Origin: Dudresnaya verticillata
Taxonomy: Eukaryota
Length of the DNA stretch: 64,000 nucleotides
NCBI GenBank assembly: GCA_977862235.1
Contig: OZ374559.1
Location: forward strand, 806,001-870,000
Reading direction: 5' to 3'
Below are positions 50,917 to 62,533 of this stretch, in pieces; the first letter of the stretch is position 1; each line of letters starts with the position of its first letter. The position numbers and the translations under genes are program-made. Below the pieces are notes generated by a model, which did not search any database, had not been told where the DNA came from, and saw only the letters and a program-made list of their open reading frames with translations.

Positions 50917-52467
50917 ATGAACCCCGGCACTGTGCTATTGAAACAGGACAAGGACATCAGTAAGAACACCTACAATGATACAGGCTTGTCCGGCACAGCC
51001 GTCATGTCCGCCACAGCCGTCACGTCAACGAAGCTTGCAAACGTTGCCGCTACCCGTACGTCGGCAGTGGACCCGATTTCCAACTCTACCAATAAAGGAG
51101 AGAAGAGAAGGAACGGCTGGTATCATCACAAGCCTCTACCGCTCCCGGATCCGCTGCCGTCGAAGCTGGTGCAACGATACACCAAACTTAGCTACGCCGA
51201 GTTGAAAGCCTCGATTGACGAAGAGGATAAGAAGATTAAGGTATGCTTTGAACGCCTTGGATCTCTTTCTGGCTTTTACAGAGAGCGCCAGAAGATCTTC
51301 GATAGTTGCAGGCCTGAGATTGAGACCGTTCGTTGCATACTAAATGAATCCGAAAAAGAGTTTCGGGATCTGGTCACTCTTCAGGGGACACTCAGGAAGG
51401 AGCTCAGGGCTCTCCAGAACGCTGATAACGCGGCTCGAAGGGCACCCCTTCCAATCCCGAATGGGATCGTTGGAGTAGGTAAGGAGTGCAAAGAGGCATT
51501 GAGAAACGTCGGCTCTATTTCCGCCCTCGAGTCTCGGAGGAAAGATCTCGAGCGAGTTCTAGAAACGGGGTCATTGAGTATTGCGGACGAGAAGAAGCTG
51601 GTCAAGCAAATTGCTTTTCTGCAACACAGGGGGCGCGCGTTTGTTCTCAGCCTCGAGAAAGCTGCAGGTCAGAAGGTCACGGATACGCACCGCCGTGGTG
51701 AGACCCGAAAGAAGCTTGAAAGAGCCCATGCGGTGCAAGACCTGGTTACTAAAGCTGACCTGGAAAGATTGCAATATCAACGAGGGCAGCTGAGACATTT
51801 GCAGGTTGAACAGCGACGTCAAGTAGAGACTCTGGATCACTCTGCTGTTTGCATCAATCGAAAAGTGGAGAAGGGGCGATTGAAGGAGTTGAAAGAGAGG
51901 GTTGGCAGGCTTCGAAAAGACTTTGGAGACCGCATGGACGAGTGGTACCTGAACGAGCGGATCTACTTCGAGCAGAAAAGGATCGCTTCAGGGGCTGCGC
52001 ATTGGCCTTTGCAGCCTTGTCTTCCTGTTATGCGTATTGGACAGACCCATCACAGGATGTGCAACGCGCTCATTCACTACCTTGAGAGCCTTGACAGTAA
52101 GGTTGTGGATAAGCCTCGGCAGCACGCAGCCCCTGTCCATCCTCGAGTCAGTGAAACGGGCACATCGGGCATTTTCAAAGCGTCTGGGGGCGGGAGAGTC
52201 ATCGGAAAATGTACCTGCGGTAGCCTGGGGGGATTTGAGGACGTTGGCATCAGTGCCTTTGCGAGGAAAGATGGCATTGTCGACAAAAGCAGTCGCCACC
52301 TATACGGTGTGGAGACTCCAAGCTCTTCCCACAGCGCCGGATCGCTGAAGGAACACCCCGTTGAGCACATGCGTGCCTTCTGGGAGCTCGGCGTTAGGCC
52401 GCCGAAGCGGTTCAGCGATGTACCTGATACCATAACATTGGTTAAGGAGAAGCAAGGGGCGTTCTAA
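50917..52467 (+). CDS. Coiled-coil protein, Bfr1 (nuclear segregation protein) / plant PPI1-like, 516 aa
   Basis: Long single ORF with heptad-rich helices. LERVLETGSLSIADEKKLVKQIAFL and C-terminal FWELGVRPPKRFSDVPDTITLVKEK resemble Bfr1-family motifs as I recall them. Confidence 0.65.
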   Translation: MNPGTVLLKQDKDISKNTYNDTGLSGTAVMSATAVTSTKLANVAATRTSAVDPISNSTNKGEKRRNGWYHHKPLPLPDPLPSKLVQRYTKLSYAELKASIDEEDKKIKVCFERLGSLSGFYRERQKIFDSCRPEIETVRCILNESEKEFRDLVTLQGTLRKELRALQNADNAARRAPLPIPNGIVGVGKECKEALRNVGSISALESRRKDLERVLETGSLSIADEKKLVKQIAFLQHRGRAFVLSLEKAAGQKVTDTHRRGETRKKLERAHAVQDLVTKADLERLQYQRGQLRHLQVEQRRQVETLDHSAVCINRKVEKGRLKELKERVGRLRKDFGDRMDEWYLNERIYFEQKRIASGAAHWPLQPCLPVMRIGQTHHRMCNALIHYLESLDSKVVDKPRQHAAPVHPRVSETGTSGIFKASGGGRVIGKCTCGSLGGFEDVGISAFARKDGIVDKSSRHLYGVETPSSSHSAGSLKEHPVEHMRAFWELGVRPPKRFSDVPDTITLVKEKQGAF

Positions 52468-53511
52468 AAAAGCCATGTCGCTGCTGGAAGGAGAAGAGGC
52501 AAGTTTATTCAAAGTTGCCGTAGATTCCGATTCCCGACCGGTTTGTGCCTGCCGCCATGACTTCACTTGAAGTGCCAATGTAGTTAAATATAGGAACTTT
52601 GAATGGGGGAGTGAATAAAGAAAGTTGGGCAGCAAGCCTAATACAAGATTGAGTATGGTAGCAACTTGTCAGTGGTAGCGGTAGCAGTCAGCGGTATCTT
52701 GTAGAGAAAACTTTAGTAGAACATTTGAACGAATTTTGCTTAGGCCTAGCTGAATAACTTGGCTTGCACAAGCCGTTCAGGTCACGAGGCTCATCGTACA
52801 AACGCGTAACTTGGCTTGCACAGCCGTTTCTGGCTTGTCGTTCAAACGTTTATACAAGCTGATATTTGTTCTTCTGTTCAATGGAATACTGTTCTGTTGA
52901 AGCGTTACATTGTTACGGTTTGTTTTATAGCAGTTCACGGTATTATGTGCAGTGTTCTGTTTATGTTTCTTTGAGTCTTTGTCATCATAGTTTAAATAGC
53001 TTTCGTAGTACTTTGGTCTATTTATACTGACCAAAGCTCGTAGTTCGGATGACCCAGCCATCGACAAACACACACACACTCAACAAAAATTGACTGCTTC
53101 CTTTTTTACCACTTGCAACACTCTACATCCACTGTTCTAACCTGTTTTCCTGCCGCTGCACCCGTCAATTTATTACTAGCTGTGTCTAAATAACTATCCT
53201 AGAAGTAAAGAAGGTCTTCTTCTTATACGACTTGGTAATGGTGCTATCTGTGAGCTGGCCGTATTAGAGGCACAGTTCAACATGGTTGTGCTGTTGAGAA
53301 GCAACTATAACGTATATACGTATACATAACTTGTAACAAATGTATGCAGGACTCGATGTGATACGAATACAACCATAAAAATGTTGTGTATCATGTAGCC
53401 ATACTGACGTTATACTGTATTCTCCTCCCTCTTTCTTTGGAAGTTATGGCTGGTAACCTGGTTTGAAGTTCGAAGTTTGAGAGAGCGGTGCGATAGCACT
53501 AATGCGATCAC

Positions 53512-54320
53512 ATGCCCACATCCCCTCTCCAGGAAGACCCGCAGGCGTCGGATCTCACTCCGCCACAAAATCCAGTTAGCGACACGATTGTAGCTCTGAT
53601 TGGTTCGTTTCAACGCATTACATCATCTGAAAGTGCTTACACTCAACCCCCCGCTGTAAGCTCCAACCGACATTACACCATCCAACAGCTGCCGCGCGCA
53701 GAGCACAACCCGTCGCATCCGGACCAATGCCGACCCATCTCTGCTCTCACTCACTTCCCTTCCTCCCGCCCACCCTCTCCGACCCGCTCCACCGTCCCTC
53801 TGTTCCTTCAGCAGGCCTCCCGCACCCTCTCGCCCCGCCCCCATCCCGACTACAACCGCAGCCTCGCAGCAACCGCACCCGGTGCTTGGCGCATGCCGTA
53901 CACGGCAAGCATGCCGACCAGCCCCCACTGGCACCGCCGCCGCCGCGCGCAGCCGTCCGCGACACGCCTTCCCGCGCTGAGCCCGCCCACCCGCCCGCGT
54001 GCCTGCGCGCACGCCGCGCAGCCGTCCCCGCGCGCCGCAGTCCCTGCGGCAGCGCCTTGAAGCTCGCGCAGCATGCCCACGGAACCCGCGCACGCGCGCA
54101 TGTCGGCCCGTCGGCGCCGCGGACCTGCGGCGGCGTTGCAGCCGCCGCGGCGCGCATTGCCTCTTCTGCTGCGCGGCGCGGCGCACCGCCGCCATGCCGC
54201 ATGGATCTGCTGATGCGCTGCCGCAAGCGTCGCGGCCCGCCGCCGCACCAGCCGGATCTGCCGATGTGCTGCCGATGGACTGCGCGGGCTGTTGTGGCGT
54301 CCTGCAGTTGGGCTCGCTGA
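53512..54320 (+). CDS. GC-rich island, possible low-complexity hypothetical protein (frame and structure uncertain)
   Basis: ATG-initiated Pro/Ser-rich ORF 53512..54060 and overlapping open frames. No recognisable domain. Confidence 0.3.
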
Positions 54321-57300
54321 CCTTCAGCTGTGTGCCTGCTGTTTGCCGCGTACGCCACGTCGTGCGGTGCTATTCCGCGTCTGCCCTGCGGTGTTGGCCT
54401 TCGAGGCATGCGACATCCAAGATCCGCCTGTTGATTTCGATCGCGACGCTCGTGTTGCCGTCCAACGCGTGCTGGGTTACGACAACAGCTCAAGCTCTCT
54501 GCAGCGACCAATCTGTACCAGCAGGCGAGAGTGGAGTGGTGAGCTCTGGAGCTGGGGAGCTGCGTTGCTGTATCGATGTATCGACACTCACCGACGTCTG
54601 GTACCGTTTTGCGGCCGTACGATGCCTATGCTTCTCGTTTCAACATTCGAACGGGGTACCTAGATATGGAAGCATGGAGATCTTGACGAAGGTGCCTATT
54701 GTTTCTGCGGAATGGTTCTGGTCTCCCCGTCTTTGCCTTGCGAGAAAATACCGAGATGGAGACCTTTACGCATAGGAAAGACTACAGCCCCGTAACGGGG
54801 CTGTTGCTTCAGCAAATTCTCAGCTCATACCGTTTGTTTGCCCGGCGATTCCCACTGCACGCTCACTTGCTTTCGCTACGCTGTTCATGCAAAGGGGACG
54901 ATGTTGCTCAACAGCATCCCCGTCGTTCTCATCAGGCGAAAGCCTGACATTCACCCTCTATCTGCATTGGGCTTGCGTTCACGAAGCTCGGGATAGTTCC
55001 TTATCCGAACCCTCATGCATCCCTAACGCTAGACAAAGAGGTCGTGTTGCCCTGGGATGTTTCGAAGGAGGGCTCGCGATATGGTGGCTGCGCTGCCCAC
55101 TTACTGATTCTGCAGGAGGCGAGAGAAAGAAGCCTAGCGACTCTCAAGGCCATGAGGAGAAAGGATGTGACCCCCCCTCCCCCCCCCCCCACTTTTCTGT
55201 TCCGTTGGGATTTGGCACCCTACACGTTGGCGTTCACTAGCGTCGACCGAGCTCTCGCCTCGCTGTGAGACATACGCGTCGATGTCTTTAGGACATTCTG
55301 GCCACACGAGATCAGGCGCGGAAGGACATCCGTCTCGCGATGCTTGTGCAGCGACACTTCGAATTGCACTCGGTATTCTGAAGTGGCACTGCAACAATAG
55401 GATGATAGACTATTGGAGCACTAGAGTCGAGTTCACGTTCACAGCTTGAAAAGCTGGCATCGGGTTGGCACCCACCTCTCAACATCAGTACTTGAGTGGC
55501 AATCGTCATTGTCGCGGATCTTGCGAGCATGCCGTTGTGAGGACAAGAAAAGTTAGCTGCATCTCTGCATCTCTTCGATATGCACCGCGCCCTCTCAGGA
55601 GTGGACCAGTTGGACAGCATCAGCGTTGGTCGATGAGAATCTAGAGTCAAGCAGAAGGGATTGTGAGTGAGGGGCACGGTCGTTGACGCGCACGCGGAAT
55701 GCCGTATTGGGAGGGTCCCCCGACGGGTGGCCTGCTCACGTCTTCTAGATTCCATGGTTGCTCTCCATGTGTGAAACAGTGGGAGTTGGAGAAGTGAGCA
55801 TCGCGGATACGCACGCCCACTTGCACTTCAACTTCCTATTCTACTTTTGAAGGCATTAAGTTTCTACAGCAGCCAATACGGACTGAAAGGCAACGACTTC
55901 TGCGCTATGGTTTGTGTGGAGGCGAACTAGAGGAAAATTTAGCAGCACTAGGGAAAGAAGCCGAGCAGAGCACTGCAGGATTGCGTCACTCTCGCGGACT
56001 GAGAATGCCTTGCTTCCTCGACTCGTGCAAGCGTAACGCGCCATGAACTTCGCACTTGCCTGTTCGTCCGAAAGCGATACCCACGACTTGCTGCTGTGTG
56101 TCGTGAGTTCAAGAGGAAACCCCAACTATCATGGTGGTGTCGGGCTGTCGCGAGAATGAGGCTTTTCTGACATTGCTCTGCGCTTTTCAGACGAATGTGC
56201 GGTGCTCTATAGTTCTTAGCAAGTCTGTATGAGAAGGAGCTTTTTGAACTCCGCTTCTGAACACTGCTCGACGAGCGAAACGTGAAGCTTGGCTCAAGAG
56301 CGAAAAACAGCCACAGATCTACCCCGCGACAGGTTCAATCATTTTCTGTGCGCGCTCGAGCTGTCGTTCAGAACTCAAAAGGGTCGTCAGGTGGTGTCGC
56401 CCGGTGCCTTGACGTGGGAAACGCAATGTTTCGGAGGGAGCAAATGTCCGAATCCGCCTCCAGGACAAGCCTCTCAATTCTGTTGTGTGCGTGTGCGTCC
56501 CTATTGCCAAGAAAGAGCATGAGGGCCATGCCTGATCTGTCCATGTGTCAACCTATTGCGGAATTGCTGTTTGTTGCCCGTCGACTGCATTGCAGATCTC
56601 GATTCACTCCCTTCGCATCTCGGACCACTCACAAGCGTTATTGTTGGACGCTGCTTCGCTCGATGCGCGAAATGCGACCCACACGTTGCTCGAACACCGA
56701 CTCCCAGCCACGAGTGGGCGTGCTGTGCTGGCAGAAAGGCGTTGTCGCGAGAATTGCGAGAGAGTTGAGATGTGCTCTTGGGGGGACAGTCGTGGGTATC
56801 ATTTTTGGTGGGCTGCCTGGCCCAGGCGTATATAAAACTGCGAAGCCAGCACCCCACTCCTCGCACGCAGCCGGCGGCAGCCGACGCCGCCTCGGCGGCC
56901 GGCCGCGGCAGTAGCCGCTCGTACCCGGCCGGACAAGGTGAGGAAGGCGGCCTATTGCGGCGCTCGGTGGCTTGCTCTCCTACGCCGCAAATCGCCTTTT
57001 CAGCCCGTCTCAATCGCTTCCAAACCCACAGTGGGTGCCGTCGTGCTCACACGGCCCGGTGGGAGTCGGGACCCGCCGGGCTCGGGTGTAGCACAAAATG
57101 GCAGGCAGATTTGGAAAACGCTTGTAAGTGTGTGGAGAACTCATTGCTTGGAGCCGTCGGAGACGACGTTACTTCAATTGAGTGACGAAGACAGGCGCGT
57201 GTTGTTGTCATGTGCAAGGTGTCGATAACACTGCGTGGCGATGGTTCAAGCCGTCTTGGTCAGCTGGCGAGTCCTATCGAGTCGAATGATGTTTCACGGA

Positions 57301-57479
57301 GTGGTGCTTTGTCAGTGCATCAAGTTGAGTCAACTGGTTGCACAGCTTGTGCATAGGCTTTCTGGCACTTGCTGCCACTGCCATTCGCGTGGATATCGAC
57401 AGAGAGATGGGCTCACTTGTCAGCATATCTCGCACATGCAATACCAAAATCAAGGAAGAGATGAGTGATGGTTTGATGA

Positions 57480-58130
57480 ACACAATGTTGGGTAAGGGGC
57501 CTTGAAGGGCCACGTTGCGATCAACGGGACGATTGGCAAGCGGTGTCGGGACCGCGAACCAAGACAGTTCCCGGTTAGATATGCACAACCCGGGCTGCAC
57601 GTCGTTGCAGCCCGTATGGATGAGATGAACCGAACGGGAGATGTGACGGAGTGCCCCTATAGGACACGCGTTGCGTCTGGTTCTTCTGAGTCTGATGACT
57701 AGAGTTTGGAGAGATAGATCGTGAGAGTAATGAGGATACGTGAAGTCAGCTGTATGGTACAGCTGCCCAAGTCGCAACTGATGCACTTGGTGTCCCGGTC
57801 TGATGACAGAGTCCTACGGATCTGGGAAATGGATACTAGAAAAAAGTGGAAAGACCGCGAGTCCTTGGCTGGTTAGTAATAGCGAACTCTTGTCCCTCCC
57901 GCGTGTTGGAAATGTTGCGTGGGATCCAACGCAGGGATCCTTTGAGTGACGGGACGCTGAAGGTTCGGAGCTTGTTATGGAACCAGCACCACAGGACTCG
58001 ACGGTGCAACAACGATGGGTGGGTTAAGGAGCGTGGCAGTGGGTACGGGCGGAATGTACGTGGTGTAGAGGTCGCATGGCGAGATCGTGCGCATCTGGAC
58101 CGGTGAAATGTGCAGCCAGCTTAGCAGCCT
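57480..58130 (+). pseudogene. Decayed WD40-repeat region
   Basis: Fragments LKGH, RTRVASGSS, HLVSRSDDRVLRIWEMDT, SDGTLKV and VRIW across frameshifts and stops. Confidence 0.5.
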
Positions 58131-60682
58131 CCGACCTATCACGATAAGTATATCGTGAGTGCCGCACTGCCAAGAAGTGAAAATTGCGACGGCCTTCCAC
58201 GGAAACGTGGAGGGACGTCGTGTGTACTTCTATTGTGCTGAGCGATGGAAGAACTTAGGAAAAGTAGTTCTGAAGGCGCGCAGAGATAAGCGCTGCTACA
58301 CAATAAAGAGGTTCGTTTCTTTCGACTACAAGTCTTGTACCACAGTATCCGCGTAACGCACCCTGACACGATCGGTGCCAAGCACGCAATGGCAAGAAGC
58401 AGCACCTGGGTTGCAAGTTTTCCGGGCAAGACTTCGAAAAAGACTTGCAGCTGGGACTCCAAGGATCGGGACAAAGAGGAGCGTGGGGGCAGTGGAGACT
58501 TTGAACAGAAAAGACGGTGATGGGAAGCCCCGAACGGGTGTTTGGGAGCTAGGAGGCAATGAAGAAGGTGGAGAGACCCAGCCACAACCTACTGTAGGAC
58601 CAACGAGATTTGGCAAGTAGTGTGCTTGACTGGCTCGGCGGAGGAGAAGACCCTTCCTTCACCGCAAGGAATTGAGCGATACGGCGCACACCGAGCTCAA
58701 ACCCAGAACTAATACGGCCATGAGATGGAAATGAAGAGTTTACTGTGATATACTATTGTGTACTTTCTCTACCCACTCTACCCAATACCTGTGGTATACT
58801 TCTGGAAAATTGAGGCAAAGGAGGGGTGGACTTGAATGGACGAGCTAACGTGCGTGCGGGGGGGAGAAAGCATGAACTTACCGTGGGAAGCCCTCAGCTT
58901 CAGGCGGCTCTCTCAAAAAGTGTAGTACTTCGCTCTATGTTTTGCGTTCGCTGGAGAGGAATGCAATAGTACTGCGCGAGGGTAGCCGTTGGGTTGGACT
59001 ACGAACGATATCCAGCCGGCGAGTAGATTGGACAACAGGGAGGCGGAATTCCGGCGGAATTCCGCCTCCCCTGTCACCCTATCCGCCTCCCTTGTCCCGC
59101 TACCCTTAGTGTAGACATTGCGCGGGACGCTCGGCTGAGCTCGCTGCTCTCGGCTATTTCTTCCTTTGCAAGCACGTAAACGTCGTCAACACAACCTAAT
59201 CGCCCACGATCATGGGGTGGAATTGCATATCCGACGGGGTGCAAACGCGGCAGCAGTGGGAACGCTTAGGGAGCTCACTCTAGAGAAGAGCAGGCCCCGA
59301 CACACGCCCGCTGAGGCTGCACGTACAAAGTACTAAAAAGAAACAGAGGTACGTCTGGGAATAGGGAGCTTTGCCAAACTTCCACCAGAGGACGCAGTAC
59401 AGGAACTACTAAGGACTGAACTACAAGTATCGGATGAAGGCATTCCACTCATCGCCGGGCACACACTGGGCTATCTATCGAATCGGTAGAGGCAATACTG
59501 TACCGATATACCTGGAAGCCTATATCAGACGATATACCCCTAGAATAGACAGCACTTACTAATGAAGCAATTACGGGCTGCATGGTTGCAGAGCATTGCG
59601 TTACTCTGCTAAGTTCCGTCCTTTCTCGCACCCTCCCACACCTTTGCCAGCAGGCTTCTCCAGAAAGAAGTAACCGTCCTTTCTTGGTCTTGCTGACCTC
59701 ATTCACTGTACCTCCTGGTCCTTAGCATTACTCATCTCTGAAGTAAACGTGGCTTTACAATAAAGGCTACATTTCCTGTTCACGTATGGGGTCTAGACAT
59801 ACCTTGAACGAGCGATAGTACCAAGCAGCTTGCTCAGATTGAGTGCTACTGCAACACTTTGCAGGGCCAATGGCACCGGGCGAGTCGTCGGCGTGTGGCG
59901 TTCAGTGACAGGACAAGAGCCGACCTAAAAACCGGCGGGTCCAACCGTTGAGAACATGATGTCAAACAATGGTCAACGTAAACAAAACATCCTTGCCCAG
60001 GTCATCGAAGCCAGTTGTTCTTCTTTTCTGCGTAGCGGAGACGACCCCTCGCAGTTCTTCGCGATACCTCGACGCTTTTTTCGGGTGTTTTCTACTTTCA
60101 AATGTATCCCGCGGAGGTCAGCGCCCTACAGAGTCAGGAGAGTGGGTGAGACTTACGTGCAGTGTTGTGCCACTTCGCTCGTAGAGAGTACACTATGAGG
60201 TCGATTGCGCTCGCCCTGTGTAGCTACCTAGTGATTGTGTAGGACATAATTTCGAAAGCTGGTACGATTTGCTTGACTGCATACAACGCACTTTGCGTGT
60301 TACGTCACTAGAGACTTGGTGCAGACCCTCCTAGGATCTAGAGACTAAACCATGAATGGGACCATTGTTCTTCTGTGCAACTTTAGAGGCAGGTGCAATT
60401 TGCCCACTGTGCTTGCGATATTCTTTCTGCGCACTGTGACGATCTGCGGATCAAACGCGAGTAGCTACGGGCGAAACAAGGGAGCGAACAAGGATATCGG
60501 GTACCACGGTCTGCGACGGCTGCCCCAGTCGAGAGCGTTGCTTGTTTTCTCTCTTCCAACTCGACAGCACAGCCCGCGCGGCGGCAGTTTCAAGGGGTGT
60601 GACCGCGGGCGCTACGTAGTTTCTCAATGAACTCTGCGGCTAGAAATCGAGGCGCACGGCCTCGCAATGGCACCTGTCACAA

Positions 60683-60870
60683 CCCGTGAAAGCTCCGCAC
60701 GCGACGTGTGGAGTACTTGCAGACTGCGCGCTGCAGCACTATGTATTGGTATGGCGACAAGTGGGAGACACCGCTTGTAGCGCTTGTAGCGCTTGTCGCC
60801 ATACCAATACATAGTGCTGCAGCGCGCAGTCTGCAAGTACTCCACACGTCGCGTGCGGAGCTGTCACGGG
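60683..60870. repeat. Foldback / MITE-like inverted repeat: 79-bp arms, 30-nt loop
   Basis: 60683-60761 is the reverse complement of 60792-60870 with one mismatch. Confidence 0.92.
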
Positions 60871-61338
60871 ACATATTCTAGAACTGCCATCGTATTCGCC
60901 TCAGAGAGTATCTAACAATGTGCACGAAGGCACATTGGGAGTCCAGCCTTTTGCAGAGCACCGCCACGCTTCCCTTGATCTCTGCCAAAGCCTAGACTTT
61001 ATAACCCCACACTCGTCTCACTCGTCTCTTGTACGAATGTCACAAGTAACGCATGCATTTGCCCAAGCTGCATATGTCCATTCTTGCGAATGCAGAAAAA
61101 GATGAGTGTGATGACTGATGGCCGTCGTCACTCGAACATGGGTGCTCCAACAAGCAGTCTCCATTGCAAAACAGTTTCGTTCCCGGCCTCGGCCCCAGCC
61201 GAGCGACCTTCAATAAAAGACCAGCCATCTATATTTGGCTGCTATAGCTGCTGTAGCAAACGTTCACCACCGAACCCTTTCAAAATTACCCCCTCCCCGT
61301 CTACCGTCCCAGTCTACGCCTCCCCCGCAAATACCACT

Positions 61339-62533
61339 ATGACCCGGGTCGCCTCTGCACTCCTTCTAGCCCATCTGGTGCAACTCTCCCTGGCCTCCAG
61401 CCCAGTCTTTCACCGCTTCAACTTCGGAACAGCGAACGCCACAGTCGTCTCCGACGGCCCGGTGCTCTTCCAAGAAAACCCCTTCCTTGTGCCAGACCGA
61501 GATTTGCGCAATGCTTTCGCGCAACTCAACCGTAGCATCAACCCTGTGCGACTGCAGCAGAACATTCTCGTCATAGACATTCCCAAGCTTGGACATTTCA
61601 TGGTTGATACTGGTTCAAGAACGGACCAGCCTTCCAAGTTCTCGCCTGACTCCGGGGCACTCTTCGATAACTTGCAGGCTGCTGGAATTCGTCCAGAATC
61701 CGTCAACTACATTCTTCTCACTCACGGTCATTTAGATCACGTCAGTGGGCTTCGGGCCCTCGGTGGAGGTCGGGCTTTCCCGAATGCACATGTTTACATT
61801 AGTCGTCGTGAACATATGTTCTGGACCAACCCCCCGATGGCCCCAAACGCCACGGATGTACCTTCAGAAGCCCTTCGTATGTATCCAACCCAAGCTCGTT
61901 CCCTGAATTATGGTAGCCTATCCAGTGAAATTTCTGTGTTTCTATCTGAACGGGGCTAGACACCACTATGTTTATCACTTTATGTTCCATCTGAGCGCTG
62001 ACAAGTTGACCGCATTCTTTCTTCATCCTTAGAATTCTTTGCATTCTTCTATTCGAAAGCAGTTGAGTCTTACAAGGACCGGCTTCAACTTGTGAAACGA
62101 CCAAGAGTTCTTCCTGGCATTCGTTTCATCCGCGGCGGGGGTCATTCTCCCGGGCACTGTGCCATTCAGATACAGATAGGCAAAAAGTTTCTCATTGTTT
62201 CTGGAGATACTTGGGTTTCAAGGGTAACTTCATCCCCTACACTGATCCTGCTCTCCTAGAATTTGGATAGATGCTAGATTTCTAACAACTCCCTTGCAAT
62301 TTTTGTTTACAATATATTATCAGCCTGATCAGCTTCGACACCCTTCTTGGTACTTTCGATATGAGACAAATCACGCCCAAGCCAAAAGGTCTCGAGTCAG
62401 GCTTCTGAGGCGTTCTGTGACAAAAAAGGCACTTGTACTTGCGTACCACGAAGCGTTTCCCGGTCTGGGGTACATCAATCGGAAGGGACATGGATACAAG
62501 GAGTCATTCGATTGGGTGCCTGTTCATGCTTGA
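61339..62533 (+). CDS. Secreted metallo-beta-lactamase-fold hydrolase (MPH / AHL-lactonase-like), 312 aa; exons 61339-61876, 62033-62223, 62324-62533
   Basis: Signal-like N-terminus. Motifs VSDG, MVDTG, LLTHGHLDHVSGL (HxHxDH), GHSPGH, SGD and AYHEAFPGLGYI. Two GT-AG introns join in frame (939 nt). Confidence 0.88.

Noticed and set aside
52755..52828. ~22-bp direct repeat TAACTTGGCTTGCACA(A)GCCGTT
   Set aside because: Only two copies with no associated structure; likely a local duplication.
53623..54775. Many long overlapping Arg/Ala/Pro-rich ORFs on both strands
   Set aside because: Expected from very high GC content and few stop codons; no domain signal.
56820..56840. AQAYIK as a Copia RT motif, or TATATAAAA as a promoter
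   Set aside because: No other Copia motifs nearby and no credible downstream ATG-initiated gene.
61084..61338. 85-codon N-terminal extension of the MBL ORF
   Set aside because: The ORF-track start is non-ATG, and the ATG at 61339 directly precedes a signal-peptide-like segment.
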